From: a virus
Direction: 5' to 3' (one strand)
DNA: 64,000 nt
IMG/VR virus record: IMGVR_UViG_3300036768_000279
Coordinates: 83,928-147,927 of that record
The notes beneath the pieces were generated by a model. That model searched no databases and was not told the origin of the DNA. It saw only the letters and a program-made list of their open reading frames with translations. This document shows positions 49,722 through 59,479 of the stretch, piece by piece (positions within the stretch are counted from its first letter, which is position 1; every line of letters begins with the position of its first letter). A program made the translations under genes and the position numbers.

Positions 49722-49960
49722 CTAGAAGTGTCCCCAATGCCTTGCACACAATGCTAGGGGCCGACTTACCAGCTTAGCTCGATTCGTGTGTGTTCACGTT
49801 TCGATGCATCTTCGCTGGGATTACGTTTGGCACTTCAAAGCCAAGATGGTAGCTACTTCCATCCTGTACTCCCGTTTGAAGGGGAGGTTCTAAAGGCATG
49901 CACGCATTGAACAAGTACAATCATTTCCCCGAGTTATGTCGGGCTCAGGATGCATGCCTG
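49722..49960 (-). ncRNA. Unassigned structured RNA(s) in the tRNA cluster
   Basis: No credible ORF; nested stems AGGCATGCA/TGCATGCCT, CTCCC/GGGAG, GATGG/CCATC, CCAGC/GCTGG. Confidence 0.45.
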
Positions 49961-49997
49961 TTTATTCAAAAACTTGGTGGAATATTAGTGTATTGAA

Positions 49998-50072
49998 TGG
50001 TGGACCCGAAGCGAATCGAACGCTCCCACGGACCTTGCAAAGGTCTGTCGCCGCCTTGGTACATGCAGGCCC
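49998..50072 (-). tRNA. tRNA-Ala(TGC)
   Basis: G3:U70; GACC-TTTGCAA-GGTC. Confidence 0.88.
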
Positions 50073-50086
50073 ATTTGGGGTTTATT

Positions 50087-50163
50087 TGGAGTCCTACCTC
50101 GGATTCGAACCGAGACTGCAAGTTTGGAGGACTTGCGTGCTGGCCGTTCAACACTAGTAGGAC
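50087..50163 (-). tRNA. tRNA-Gly(TCC) with C33
   Basis: CAAGT-CCTCCAA-ACTTG; U73. Confidence 0.8.
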
Positions 50164-50318
50164 GAAATCCCCAGTTCGCAGCTTTAACCCGCTGGGGCGG
50201 GTGGCTTTTGTCTATCCGAGTTGTCAAAGAAAGTCCAGCTTTCACCAGACTTGTACTAGATGGAGTCGCGTTGCACGACCCCCGCGATTGTCACCCGATA
50301 TGTCAAGTGTTACACCCT

Positions 50319-50347
50319 ATTATACACTCAATGTCCTGAGCCGTCAA
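50319..50347 (-). promoter_or_regulatory. sigma70 promoter of the tRNA operon
   Basis: TTGACG-17-TATAAT; structured leader with BoxA-like TTCTTTGACAAC near 50220. Confidence 0.8.
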
Positions 50348-50463
50348 CCGGAATTCAAAGATTTCGCAGCAGGAGTCTTGGCGGCCTTGACGGCTTTGAA
50401 GACTTGAGCAAACAGTGAGCCTGGGGTCATACCCAGGCCCAGGAGGTCGTCTTTGCTTAGCAT
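50344..50463 (-). pseudogene. N-terminal stub resembling the RtcB/CCA-type helical extension
   Basis: MLSKDDLLGLGMTPGSLF, ending after 39 aa; own promoter TTGACA-16-TACACT. Confidence 0.4.
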
Positions 50464-50495
50464 GGTGCCGAAGTGTATCACACTTCTGGCACCTG

Positions 50496-50860
50496 TCAAC
50501 CGACGAAGTAGAGAACTTTCGTGCCCGGAATAAGTTTCCGGTTCACCGACGTGCTCTTGATGTAGATCTCGTAATTCGCGAGATTGCCCGGCTTGATCTT
50601 GAAGGATTGATTTACAATTAGCTGGCGAGCTTGAATACCGCCGTAGAGTGCATTGGTATTCTTGTCGAGAATCACGAAGTCCTGATTGGCCTGAACTTCG
50701 ATTTCCGTACATAATCATCGAAGGTGCGGAAGGTGAACACATCTTCGTAGCGTCCAAGCGGACGCACTTCGTCAGCAAACGACAAGATTGTGAGAGAAGT
50801 CGGCTGGCCAAGCTTGGCAGCATTCCTCTTGATTTCGGCAACCTGCTCATTCACGATCAC
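50496..50860 (-). pseudogene. Phage VWA-domain protein remnant
   Basis: N-terminal fragment, then frameshifted C-terminus EVQAN..DK..LYGG..AR..KPG..IYIKSTSVNRKLIPGTKVLY*. Confidence 0.65.
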
Positions 50861-50872
50861 AGTCCCAGGTCT

Positions 50873-51886
50873 TCACTTGCGAGGACGCTTGCAGTTCCAC
50901 TTGTGAGCCTTGCCTCCCTTGGCACCGCAGTAGGTGCAGGCCGGACGCTTCGGAGTCTTGACCTCGACGTTGACGGATGTATTGAACGTTCCAATGGTGG
51001 TGGTCACGGACTCGTCTTCGTCGAAGGCAACGTCTTCGTTGGCGTCTTCGTACTTTTCCGGCTGGACGCCCGGCTGGACGTAGAGAGGTTGCTGGAGCAC
51101 GGCTTCGCAGACTTCCACGACTTCGTAACGGCAGACGCGAAGCTTCTCGCAGGAGTGATCGCGGGGCACCGACACGGCATCGCGGGGGTTGACCTTGACG
51201 AGCACGAGCTTGCCATCGGAGCTAGCGAATTCGCTAGCGTACTTGTGCGTGCCAACGTGGTAGCCAGTGGAGCACGCAACGTTCATGTCGGGATCCACGT
51301 TCTCACGCGGCATTTCGTTGACAGAACCGATGCTGTTGTCCACCGTCTTCGTGTGACGATCCTTGAAGTCGCCCGTCAGGCCCTTGTAGGCCATGAAGCA
51401 GCCGTCGTGCGTGATCGGGAAGTTGCCATGTATGAGGAAATCATACAGTTCATTCCGCGACCGTTCGCTGGGGTTCTCCATGAGATTGGAGAGGAAGCGA
51501 GCCAGCGGCTTGTACGGAAGCTGGTTCTTCACAAAATCGCTGATCTTATCAACTACCACGCCATGCACTTGCTCGCCACGGTAGAAGACTTCGCCGTATT
51601 CGTTCACGGTCACGCCTGCGACCGCCTTCTGGATCGTGGCAGCCACGTCAAGCAACGGATCGAGACGGTTGAATTCGCGGTTCGTGAGACACGCCACGAT
51701 TGCATCGTAGTTACTATGCGTCTTGCCGATGGAGTACGTCTTGCCATGCCAGGCGAGCGTGATGTTTCCATCGTCCGTCATGATGTACTGCGGAACGGGT
51801 TTGGAAGTCGGGGCTTCCCGGGCCAGCGTCGGCAACTGTTCTTCCACAGTCCGACTCTTACGCTTGAAGAAATCAAAGACACCCAT
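50873..51886 (-). CDS. rIIB: rIIB-like protein
   Basis: ITHDGCFMAYK, MPRENVD, CSTGYHVG, VKVNPRDAVSVP.D..KLRVCRYEVV. Confidence 0.88.
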   Translation of the reverse strand: MGVFDFFKRKSRTVEEQLPTLAREAPTSKPVPQYIMTDDGNITLAWHGKTYSIGKTHSNYDAIVACLTNREFNRLDPLLDVAATIQKAVAGVTVNEYGEVFYRGEQVHGVVVDKISDFVKNQLPYKPLARFLSNLMENPSERSRNELYDFLIHGNFPITHDGCFMAYKGLTGDFKDRHTKTVDNSIGSVNEMPRENVDPDMNVACSTGYHVGTHKYASEFASSDGKLVLVKVNPRDAVSVPRDHSCEKLRVCRYEVVEVCEAVLQQPLYVQPGVQPEKYEDANEDVAFDEDESVTTTIGTFNTSVNVEVKTPKRPACTYCGAKGGKAHKWNCKRPRK

Positions 51887-53831
51887 TGTGTTTTTCCTTG
51901 TGTGACTGGTTCTTGAGGGTGATGTACTCAACCACGTCTTCCCTCTTGACGTGTTGAAGATTGACGTAGGACAGGAGAGGGTAGACTTCCTTGAATCTCG
52001 TGTGATAGTTAGGTGACTTCGGTACGCTGATCCCGTACAGAGAGATCATGCAACGCAGAACGTCATCAAGCTCGGTTGCCTTAGAAAGTTTCACAAGATC
52101 GTCACAGGCGGGCGACAGGCCCTCGATCCATGCCAGGAACTCGTTAGGGGTGGAGTAGTGATCGAATTTGTGTTCCATTCGTGCCAATTGGTACGTGTCG
52201 AGCTTGTCAACCGCCTCTTGCGTGAATTGACGTGCCTCTTCGTCCAGATCCGGCAGATTAAGCTCGTTACGGATACGATCGTAATACGCCTGTGCGATAC
52301 CATAGACCTTCTTGTATCCCAGCTTTTCGGCAATCGAAAGGGCGTGAGAGCCGTTGTACTCCTGGCCGTTGATGATGGCCGAGTTACCCTTGCGGGGTAC
52401 CGCCACGGCATCGTTCACGTCGATATCGGTATCGACGATCGATTCCCAGGAGTCGGAGCGACGGCTACCGCCGATGCGGACGGCTTTGATGTAAGAACGC
52501 GGGCCAGTGTAGCCAACGCGAGCGGTCTTCGGGGCCTCGGGCAAGGTCGAAAGCGTCGCACTGACGCTGCCAAACGTCGCTTCGAACTTCGCACGATCTT
52601 GAATCGTAGCGAGATAGAAGACACCCCTTTGTTGACGCAGGAAGTGACGGAGCCTGTTCTTATCACCCTGCTTGAGATCGCCCGTGACATCGTTTTCGAC
52701 AATCACGTAGTTCGTTTCAGCAGCCGGATTCAATTCCGTTTGGAAGCGGTCACGACCGACATATAGTTTATCGCTACGAAGCTCCACTCGCTTGAGCGAG
52801 TATTCCTTCGGCACTTCGATCGGAATGATCTGCGACGTGTACTGAAACTGGATAACGCTACGGTAGTGACGTAGGGCCTTGATCTTTTCGATCAAGCAAA
52901 TGTGCTGGCCGAGTTCGTCTTCCACTGCCTTGTTGACTTCGGCCAATGCCGCATCGATGCGAGCCTGGATATTCTTCTTCGTATCTTCGCTGTAGTGGAG
53001 TTCTTCGCGGCTCGCGGCCACTTCCACTTCACCGATATCGACAAATAGAACTAGGGCGGCGTTGTCACCCAGCTTGTGCTGGAAGTGCTGCGACGAGACG
53101 GGGTAGCAGATGTTACCCATGACCACGTTGATGCGACCCGGCAGAGCAGCATTGGTCATGCCACAGTCGTACAAAGCATAGCCGTCGCCCTTGAAACGGG
53201 GTTCGACGGTTGGGAAATCGACCTTGGCACCGACGATCCTCGGACGCACGGGGAAGAAGCGGTAGACACGTTGGGCAGCCGCATGGAATGCGTAAGCGTC
53301 TTCCGCCTTGACGTTGATGCAGACTTCGACCCCATTAGGCTCATGGGAATTCTGGGCAGACAACAGGGCAATACTCGGTTCGCCCTTCTCGTTCTTGAAA
53401 GCGGAATAGGTGTACGCCACGCCGTTCCAGTATGAGGTAACCGTAAACTGATCGGTGTACGAGAAGGGAGACTTGCTACCCAGGCCAAGAGCACCGACAA
53501 AATCGTTGGAATCGGTACGAGTGCTGGCGAAATAGGTCGTGTAGATGTTTTCGACCTGATCGGGCGAAAGGCCCGTGCCGAAGTCACGAATAAGGAAGTG
53601 CGGAGCAAGGCTGTTCGGCAGACGGACCTCAAAGGGACGATCCTGCATACCGGCTTCCACCTGAGCATCCCACGCATTCGTGGAAAGCTCACGCACGATG
53701 GCCAAACAGGTGTTCGTGTAGAGCTTGCTCGACAGAATGTCGAACGCTTTGGCGTTGGCCGCGATCTTGAACTTCGCTTCCGGGAACGACCCGGAACGGG
53801 TGACGTTGCGATCTTGGGTGTTGAGTTGCAT
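51873..53831 (-). CDS. rIIA: rIIA-like protein with GHKL ATPase N-terminus
   Basis: KAFDILSSKLY, RELSTNAWDA, RDFGTGL, GALGLGSKSPFSYTD; adjacent to rIIB. Confidence 0.88.
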   Translation of the reverse strand: MQLNTQDRNVTRSGSFPEAKFKIAANAKAFDILSSKLYTNTCLAIVRELSTNAWDAQVEAGMQDRPFEVRLPNSLAPHFLIRDFGTGLSPDQVENIYTTYFASTRTDSNDFVGALGLGSKSPFSYTDQFTVTSYWNGVAYTYSAFKNEKGEPSIALLSAQNSHEPNGVEVCINVKAEDAYAFHAAAQRVYRFFPVRPRIVGAKVDFPTVEPRFKGDGYALYDCGMTNAALPGRINVVMGNICYPVSSQHFQHKLGDNAALVLFVDIGEVEVAASREELHYSEDTKKNIQARIDAALAEVNKAVEDELGQHICLIEKIKALRHYRSVIQFQYTSQIIPIEVPKEYSLKRVELRSDKLYVGRDRFQTELNPAAETNYVIVENDVTGDLKQGDKNRLRHFLRQQRGVFYLATIQDRAKFEATFGSVSATLSTLPEAPKTARVGYTGPRSYIKAVRIGGSRRSDSWESIVDTDIDVNDAVAVPRKGNSAIINGQEYNGSHALSIAEKLGYKKVYGIAQAYYDRIRNELNLPDLDEEARQFTQEAVDKLDTYQLARMEHKFDHYSTPNEFLAWIEGLSPACDDLVKLSKATELDDVLRCMISLYGISVPKSPNYHTRFKEVYPLLSYVNLQHVKREDVVEYITLKNQSHKEKHNGCL

Positions 53832-53945
53832 ATGGTTTCCGTTGTGTGCCTCTATTATACCCGCCTTAGAGGGCTTCTTCGGGACCTTGGTACGGATGAT
53901 GTCAACCGCAATGAGCTGCGGCAAGGTCTTGGTCAGTGGGATAAT

Positions 53946-54656
53946 TCATGAGTCAGTGAATGCCTTTTCGCCCGTCCATATCACGTACTGGAAATACTCA
54001 ATGATCGGGCAGCAGAACCATTCCGTGCCATCGACCGTGCCGGTATCAGGCGTGTGGTGGTGTCCAAAGAACCAGAACTTCGGAAGATACTTTTGCTTTA
54101 GCACTTCGAGAAGGTTCTTGTCGCCATCGCCAAACGGCTTTCCGCCGTATCGCTTATCGCTGTAGGGAACCGACGCCGGGTGCTCGTGACTGAAAATGGC
54201 ATCGATCTGTCCATCGACACTTTCTAGCGTACGAACGACTTGTCCGTACGTAATCGATTCCTGCGGCCACCACGAGATATGCTCGATTCGCATTGGCTTA
54301 TCGATCGAGGATGCCCCGCCAAAGAACATGGCACGGTAGCCATCCACTTCAATCACGGAGCCACGCGGCATGTACTTCCAGCCGGGTTGCCAAGCACCCT
54401 CGTCTAAGTCTAGCTTGTCGAAATTTTCGTGATTGCCGTCCAGCCAAAGCCTTTCGGCATTCTTGTAGACTTCCATTGCTTCGTTGTCGAGGAAGCTCTT
54501 GCTCGCCTTGAACGGCTTGTTGTCTCCCCAGCCGTAGCCGAAGTCTCCCATCTGGACAATATGCGTAATGTCCGGGTGCTTGCGGATCGCCCTTGCGATC
54601 GTGATATTCATGGCTGTCCAATCGCCATGAACGTCACCCAGGATGAGGAACTTCAT
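53946..54656 (-). CDS. Calcineurin-like metallophosphoesterase
   Basis: GDVHG, GDFG, DGNHE, GGASSID, FGHHH. Confidence 0.9.
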   Translation of the reverse strand: MKFLILGDVHGDWTAMNITIARAIRKHPDITHIVQMGDFGYGWGDNKPFKASKSFLDNEAMEVYKNAERLWLDGNHENFDKLDLDEGAWQPGWKYMPRGSVIEVDGYRAMFFGGASSIDKPMRIEHISWWPQESITYGQVVRTLESVDGQIDAIFSHEHPASVPYSDKRYGGKPFGDGDKNLLEVLKQKYLPKFWFFGHHHTPDTGTVDGTEWFCCPIIEYFQYVIWTGEKAFTDS

Positions 54657-54728
54657 GATTCGGTAATGAAGGTGGGATCGTACGATGAAAATCTTTATGC
54701 CCCAAGCATACCCTCTAACCGCCCGAAG

Positions 54729-55013
54729 TCAAGGTTTGATTCGCTTTTTGAGCCACTCCGAGTAGTCCTTACTGCCAACGAAGTGCGGTAGCTTAGTTTC
54801 CTTCTCGTATTCTCGAATGAGCAACTTGGCCATCGCTTGAATGAAAGCGGGGTATGAGCCGTTCTTGACAGACTCTTGAAAGCGTTCGACAAGTGCGTGA
54901 TCGTCTTGTTCTGGATTGGGAACAATCCCAATCGTGCCGCACAGTCTGCACTTGACACGCAACTCACTGGCGATGATCTTGGTCCTCATGACCCTGTATT
55001 GATGCTTGCACAT
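54729..55013 (-). CDS. Hypothetical Zn-binding protein
   Basis: MCKH...CRLC; TAATG coupling. Confidence 0.55.
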   Translation of the reverse strand: MCKHQYRVMRTKIIASELRVKCRLCGTIGIVPNPEQDDHALVERFQESVKNGSYPAFIQAMAKLLIREYEKETKLPHFVGSKDYSEWLKKRIKP

Positions 55014-56104
55014 TAGCTCAGCTTCTCCACATCGGTCTCCTCGCGGCACGCCTTGAGGTTGGACTGGAACTCGCCCGTGAGCAGCTTGTCGCGGCCCGTG
55101 AGGCACACGGCGATGACTCGCCGAGGGTCCGTGTTATTCTCTTCCTTCATGCAGTAGTCGATGGCGGGTTGAATCCACTCGGGATTACCCTGCACGCCTT
55201 TGATTTCGCGAAGGAGAATACGTCGCAGGATCTCGGCAGTAGGACGGGGGCAATAGATCTTGTGAGCGAAACGCGAGGCCATCGCCCCCTCGTGACGCGA
55301 CTTGAAAAGCTCAATGTCATTGACGGTGGCTGCACAGACGAACGGCACCTTGCGGTGCGAGACGCCGCGAGCCGTGACCTTGCGAATCTCTGCTCGACCG
55401 TCCAGGGCACCGAGGAGCCACATGAACGCGGCATCGGGAACCTTCTCGATCTCTTCAATGATCAGCAGCGGCGGCACGATCGCAGACTCCATGAGCGTGG
55501 CAATCGCACCAGCGGCCGTGGTTTGCGTACCATCGAATTCGATGACCCCCTCTTCGCCAACCATGTTCTTGACGCCACGAAGGATTTCGCTCTTGCCGCA
55601 GCCCGGCTTGCCATAGAGCACAGAGTGGAATCGCTTGGTGTAATTCGTGTCCTTGGCGACCTGGAGAGCGGACAACAGCACGTCGATTTGGGCGTCGAGA
55701 CCGTACAGATGGTCAAAGTGCGTGCCTCGATCGATGGTGACTTCGGCAATCACGTCCGTATCGCCATTGATAGCGACGAGATTAGGCCCGGTCGGCGTAT
55801 AGCCACCAGCCAGGCACCAGTTCCCTTTCGAGGGAGCGGCCTTGAAGATGGCATCCTTGACGTTGTTGAATTGGACATCGGCATTGCCTCGTCCAATGTG
55901 CTCGAAAACAAGATCGAGCTTATAGTACCAGTCCCCGTTCACGAGCGTGGGCTCGATAGTTTCGGGCACTTGCGTTGCCAGCTTGAATTGCTTGCCACGC
56001 GAGCTGGCGAGAGCACGATTCAGGATATCGTCGATCTGACGACGGATGATCGCGGCATTGGAGCGTCGCTGTGCGACACGTTCGAGCGTGACGGTGTAAT
56101 TCAT
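55013..56104 (-). CDS. AAA+ ATPase
   Basis: GKPGCGKS, LIIEEIEK, ATVN, SRF; promoter TTGACA-17-TAGAAT at 56111..56139. Confidence 0.85.
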   Translation of the reverse strand: MNYTVTLERVAQRRSNAAIIRRQIDDILNRALASSRGKQFKLATQVPETIEPTLVNGDWYYKLDLVFEHIGRGNADVQFNNVKDAIFKAAPSKGNWCLAGGYTPTGPNLVAINGDTDVIAEVTIDRGTHFDHLYGLDAQIDVLLSALQVAKDTNYTKRFHSVLYGKPGCGKSEILRGVKNMVGEEGVIEFDGTQTTAAGAIATLMESAIVPPLLIIEEIEKVPDAAFMWLLGALDGRAEIRKVTARGVSHRKVPFVCAATVNDIELFKSRHEGAMASRFAHKIYCPRPTAEILRRILLREIKGVQGNPEWIQPAIDYCMKEENNTDPRRVIAVCLTGRDKLLTGEFQSNLKACREETDVEKLS

Positions 56105-56204
56105 GCCACTATTCTAGTGGCCAAACAGCTATTTGTCAAGCAACTTCCCAAAAACAACGAGGGCCGGACCTGTCCCGACCCTCGGCTTACACAACCCTTA
56201 CCTA

Positions 56205-57716
56205 TCAGGACTTCGTAATATCCATGATACGCTCAGCGAACTGCAACATCTTGTCGCTCCATCCGCCGAGCAGGTATGTGCGATCATAGAACTCAGGCAC
56301 CAGGGCATCCTCGTATCCAGCTAGATTCACGAAGAAGATTTGCACATTCGGATTGATTTTCTTGCGGTATTGATTCACGAGTGCGGGCACGCCGCCATTA
56401 TATCCGCACTGCATATCCGAGTACACGAAGATCGCATCGTACTTATTCTTGCTGGCGATCAGCTTCTTGAAAGCACTAATGATATCCGTGCCACCGCCCA
56501 TCTTGTAGCCCTTTGCGACAAGACGATCCATCTCGGTAAAGATAGAAGTCTTCTTGCGAGTCTTCACGAATGCATTCGTCGTAGCGAAAAGCAGCGTGTC
56601 GCCACCCTGCGAGAACGTACGATTCGTGATTACCGACATGAGCATTGCGATTTCCTGTGCGGACATTTCGCTATTCGCACTCACACGAGCCGAGTCCATC
56701 GAACCCGACACGTCACAGATCGTCAGACAACGACCCTCAAAACGCGGCATCGTGTAGCGAAGCGAGCTTTCCAAGCACGCTTCGAGTGCGTCGGCCACCT
56801 TGCCACTCTGCACGCCAATCGCCTTGTAGGCAGAGTAGTAGCGGAATGGCATCTGTTTGCCACCTTCGACACCACGCTTGAGCTTTTCGAGCAGGGTGTC
56901 CGTCAACTCGCCATTCGTGTGCAGATTGCGTAGGTTACGCAGCAACGCCATGTGTCCCATAACCTCTGCCGCCTTCTTCCACGAGCCACCGCTCGAACGG
57001 ATCGACTCCCACGTCTCCAGGCCCTCGCTGCCAAGTGACAGCTTGTTTGCCTTGAGCTTGTCGATAGCCTCGCTATTGGCGTGAGTCAAATTCACGGCGT
57101 CGTAGACGTTGACCTGACGGCCAGCCATCTTGTACTTCGCAAGCTCGTACTCACTCGCTTGCGAAAGGCGAGAAGCCCACGCACGCTTCAAACGAGAAGG
57201 AATACGCTTGAGGTTGCCACGCATCGACTCGAAATAAGCCATCTGATTCATGACATCATCTAGACGAGTCATGATTTGCGGAGCGTACTTCGCAAGCAGG
57301 CCAGTGTTCGCAATCTTAGGATGCAAAGCGGCCCGAACCATAATGACCTGAGGTGTAGCACGGAAGTGCCACTCGTTACGCAGTTCCACAGCGAATTGGA
57401 GCGTACGCTCGATATCCACCGCAAGACAGGCGTCGATCGCCTCTTCCATGATCTCGCGAGTGTTCTTGCCGGTGTCAACCGGCAAGAGAGCGTCACCATA
57501 CACGCCCGAAATAGGCAACGTCGGGTAATAGCCTCGATGAGGCGAAGTCTTCGGAGCAGACTCGCCATCGACATAGAACGCCGGTTCGCCGAAGAAACAC
57601 GACGTTGCCGAGATCCGTAGACGAGTGAACGGATCATTGATGGCATAAGAATTCCCATCTTCGTGGTTCTTGTGCGTCTTTGCAGGCTTCGATGCAGACT
57701 TCTTGTTTAGTGCCAT
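56205..57716 (-). CDS. rsr: Ro60 / TROVE + VWA RNA-binding protein
   Basis: FFGEP, EYELAKY, TWE, MALLRNLRN, PFRYYSAY, DVSGSM, SDMQ; start at MALNKK. Confidence 0.92.
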   Translation of the reverse strand: MALNKKSASKPAKTHKNHEDGNSYAINDPFTRLRISATSCFFGEPAFYVDGESAPKTSPHRGYYPTLPISGVYGDALLPVDTGKNTREIMEEAIDACLAVDIERTLQFAVELRNEWHFRATPQVIMVRAALHPKIANTGLLAKYAPQIMTRLDDVMNQMAYFESMRGNLKRIPSRLKRAWASRLSQASEYELAKYKMAGRQVNVYDAVNLTHANSEAIDKLKANKLSLGSEGLETWESIRSSGGSWKKAAEVMGHMALLRNLRNLHTNGELTDTLLEKLKRGVEGGKQMPFRYYSAYKAIGVQSGKVADALEACLESSLRYTMPRFEGRCLTICDVSGSMDSARVSANSEMSAQEIAMLMSVITNRTFSQGGDTLLFATTNAFVKTRKKTSIFTEMDRLVAKGYKMGGGTDIISAFKKLIASKNKYDAIFVYSDMQCGYNGGVPALVNQYRKKINPNVQIFFVNLAGYEDALVPEFYDRTYLLGGWSDKMLQFAERIMDITKS

Positions 57717-57742
57717 TGTCGTATTGCCTTGTGAAAAAGAAA

Positions 57743-57810
57743 AGCCCGAGAATAGTATTGAACAGCGTTTTTCAATATTGGTGAGGTAACCGTTCGATAC
57801 GCTTCGGGCT
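57743..57810 (-). ncRNA. Y-RNA-like RNA 1 (minimal)
   Basis: AGCCCGA-AGCG...GTTACCTC...TATTC-TCGGGCT; directly upstream of rsr. Confidence 0.7.
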
Positions 57811-57817
57811 GTTTTGT

Positions 57818-57949
57818 GACCTGAGAATAGATTAGACAGATATTTTTGCTGCTCTACCACTAAGCTACGGCTAGCTTACGCTCGCCGGGAGGATTCGAAC
57901 CTCCGCCCCGCTCCTTAACAGGGAAGTAACTGTCTGGACCGCATCAGGC
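57818..57949 (-). ncRNA. yrlA: YrlA-type Y RNA with permuted tRNA module
   Basis: CCTGA-TGCG..GTTACTTC, T arm GGAGG-TTCGAAT-CCTCC, loop-closed acceptor-like stem, D arm GCTTAGTGGTAGAGC, ..TATTC-TCAGG. Confidence 0.85.
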
Positions 57950-57968
57950 CGTTCGTTTATGTTTTGAG

Positions 57969-58052
57969 TGACTGAGAATTGTGGACTCGGATATGTGGTT
58001 CCCCACGTTTCACATCCCTTGTGAAGTAGCCGAGTTATCCCCGCGTCAGTCA
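57969..58052 (-). ncRNA. Y-RNA-like RNA 3
   Basis: TGACTGA-CGCG...GCTACTTC...AATTC-TCAGTCA; extended -10 TGGCATAAT immediately upstream. Confidence 0.7.
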
Positions 58053-58058
58053 GTACCA

Positions 58059-58289
58059 TTATGCCACATTGTCAGGAGCTTGGCAGCCATTTTCTTGGAT
58101 CTTCCTGTAAGTGCCTGGGAGACTGTAACTTAGGACGATACGACCCAAAATGTAGGCAGTGGTCAGTGCCGCAATATGGTATCCAAAGAGCACGAAAATG
58201 AAGAAAGCAATGGGCAGCAGTACGCCAACCATTGCAAGCACGACTAGCCCCGTCGCTAGACTAAGAAGATGGTAGTGCCACGCTTTCAT
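58059..58289 (-). CDS. Small membrane protein
   Basis: Two hydrophobic segments. Confidence 0.55.
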   Translation of the reverse strand: MKAWHYHLLSLATGLVVLAMVGVLLPIAFFIFVLFGYHIAALTTAYILGRIVLSYSLPGTYRKIQENGCQAPDNVA

Positions 58290-58557
58290 CGCTTGCCTAT
58301 CCAGCGGTGTATAGATCGCCAGCCTCGTATAGGCGTCCCGTATACTTCTTGGCGACTAGTCGTTTCGCCTCTTCTTGTACAAGTTCAAATTCGTGCTGGT
58401 TCATACAGAACTACTTTTGCGTTCCGTGGCTTGAAAACAAAACGCTTTCGTGTCTCAAGACAATAGACCATAGCGTCGGGTCCGCCGTACAGCTTCAAAA
58501 AGGTCTTGCCGTTGTACATAAACCACGTTGCGTTTTTGACTGCCCAGAAGTACACGA

Positions 58558-58815
58558 TCATGCCGGATAGAACACGATGTCGTTCTTTTCAGGATCCCAT
58601 GCCGCCTTGATGAGCCCCTCGTCAACGAGACTACTCAGGACGTTGTTACAAATCACTTGAGCAACTTCATTTTGAAGCTCCTCTTCTGTGAATACCTCAT
58701 TCTTCATGCGTGTGATGGCTAACATAATCACGTACTCAGAAACACCGTCTTCATCCTCTTCCCTAGAGCATTCTTCGAGAGGCTTGCAATAGTCTGACTT
58801 GCGAAACTTTTTCAT
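58558..58815 (-). CDS. Acidic hypothetical protein
   Basis: LSSLVDEGLI..WD, winged-helix-like tail. Confidence 0.6.
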   Translation of the reverse strand: MKKFRKSDYCKPLEECSREEDEDGVSEYVIMLAITRMKNEVFTEEELQNEVAQVICNNVLSSLVDEGLIKAAWDPEKNDIVFYPA

Positions 58816-59179
58816 GCCTAACTATACCTTCGGTTTAGTTTCTTGTCAAGGTCGAAACACTCTTTGTTCGACTGCTTATTTCTGCGACCGATGCCGATGG
58901 TCATAAACGCCAATCGGCAAATCATGTCGGGCTTTAGCCACAAATGAAAGCCGTCGTACGAGTGGGTGGCGAAGTGAAACCACCACCGACGAGTGTATGC
59001 GTTAGCGTCTATCATGTCATTTTCCAGTTGCAAAAACGTCAGCAAAGAAAATGCACTCAGTTTTTTGACAGGTTCGTTATCAGGCTAAGAGTGCAGTGAC
59101 GTAAGCGATAGAGACTAGTACGCCGTTCTTAGTGACTCTAGCCATTCCAAGCACTACCAGGCCGACATATTTAAGGTTA

Positions 59180-59479
59180 TTAGTCTTCATGGCCCTCGTC
59201 ATCGACGGACTCTTTTTCAAGCGAGTGCAGGTAGTCCAAAGCACGATATACTTGGGCTGCGGCATCGGCGTCGAGCCCGTGAGCCATGAGGTCGAGGTCG
59301 GGGGTGTCGGCTGCGGTCTTGAAGAAATTGCGGGCGATTTCAATTGCCCATTGCTCCGGAACGTGGTTCTTGATCCAGCCGCTTAGGAGAGCGATGGCAT
59401 AGGCGTCGTCCTCAGACTCGGCATGGATGGTGCGGAAGCCGTTGTCGCAGGCAATGGTGTAGGGATGTAGGATCTTCAT
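59180..59479 (-). CDS. Acidic hypothetical early protein (leaderless)
   Basis: TTGACA-16-TATACT, 6 nt before the ATG. Confidence 0.7.
   Translation of the reverse strand: MKILHPYTIACDNGFRTIHAESEDDAYAIALLSGWIKNHVPEQWAIEIARNFFKTAADTPDLDLMAHGLDADAAAQVYRALDYLHSLEKESVDDEGHED

Noticed and set aside
49722-49960. tmRNA or RNase P RNA
   Set aside because: No tRNA-Ala-like ends or tag ORF, and no GAGGAAAGUCC P4 motif
50648-56933. Long plus-strand ORFs (e.g. 50648..51916, 55169..56218, 56340..56933)
   Set aside because: Antisense shadows of high-GC3 minus-strand genes with no recognisable motifs
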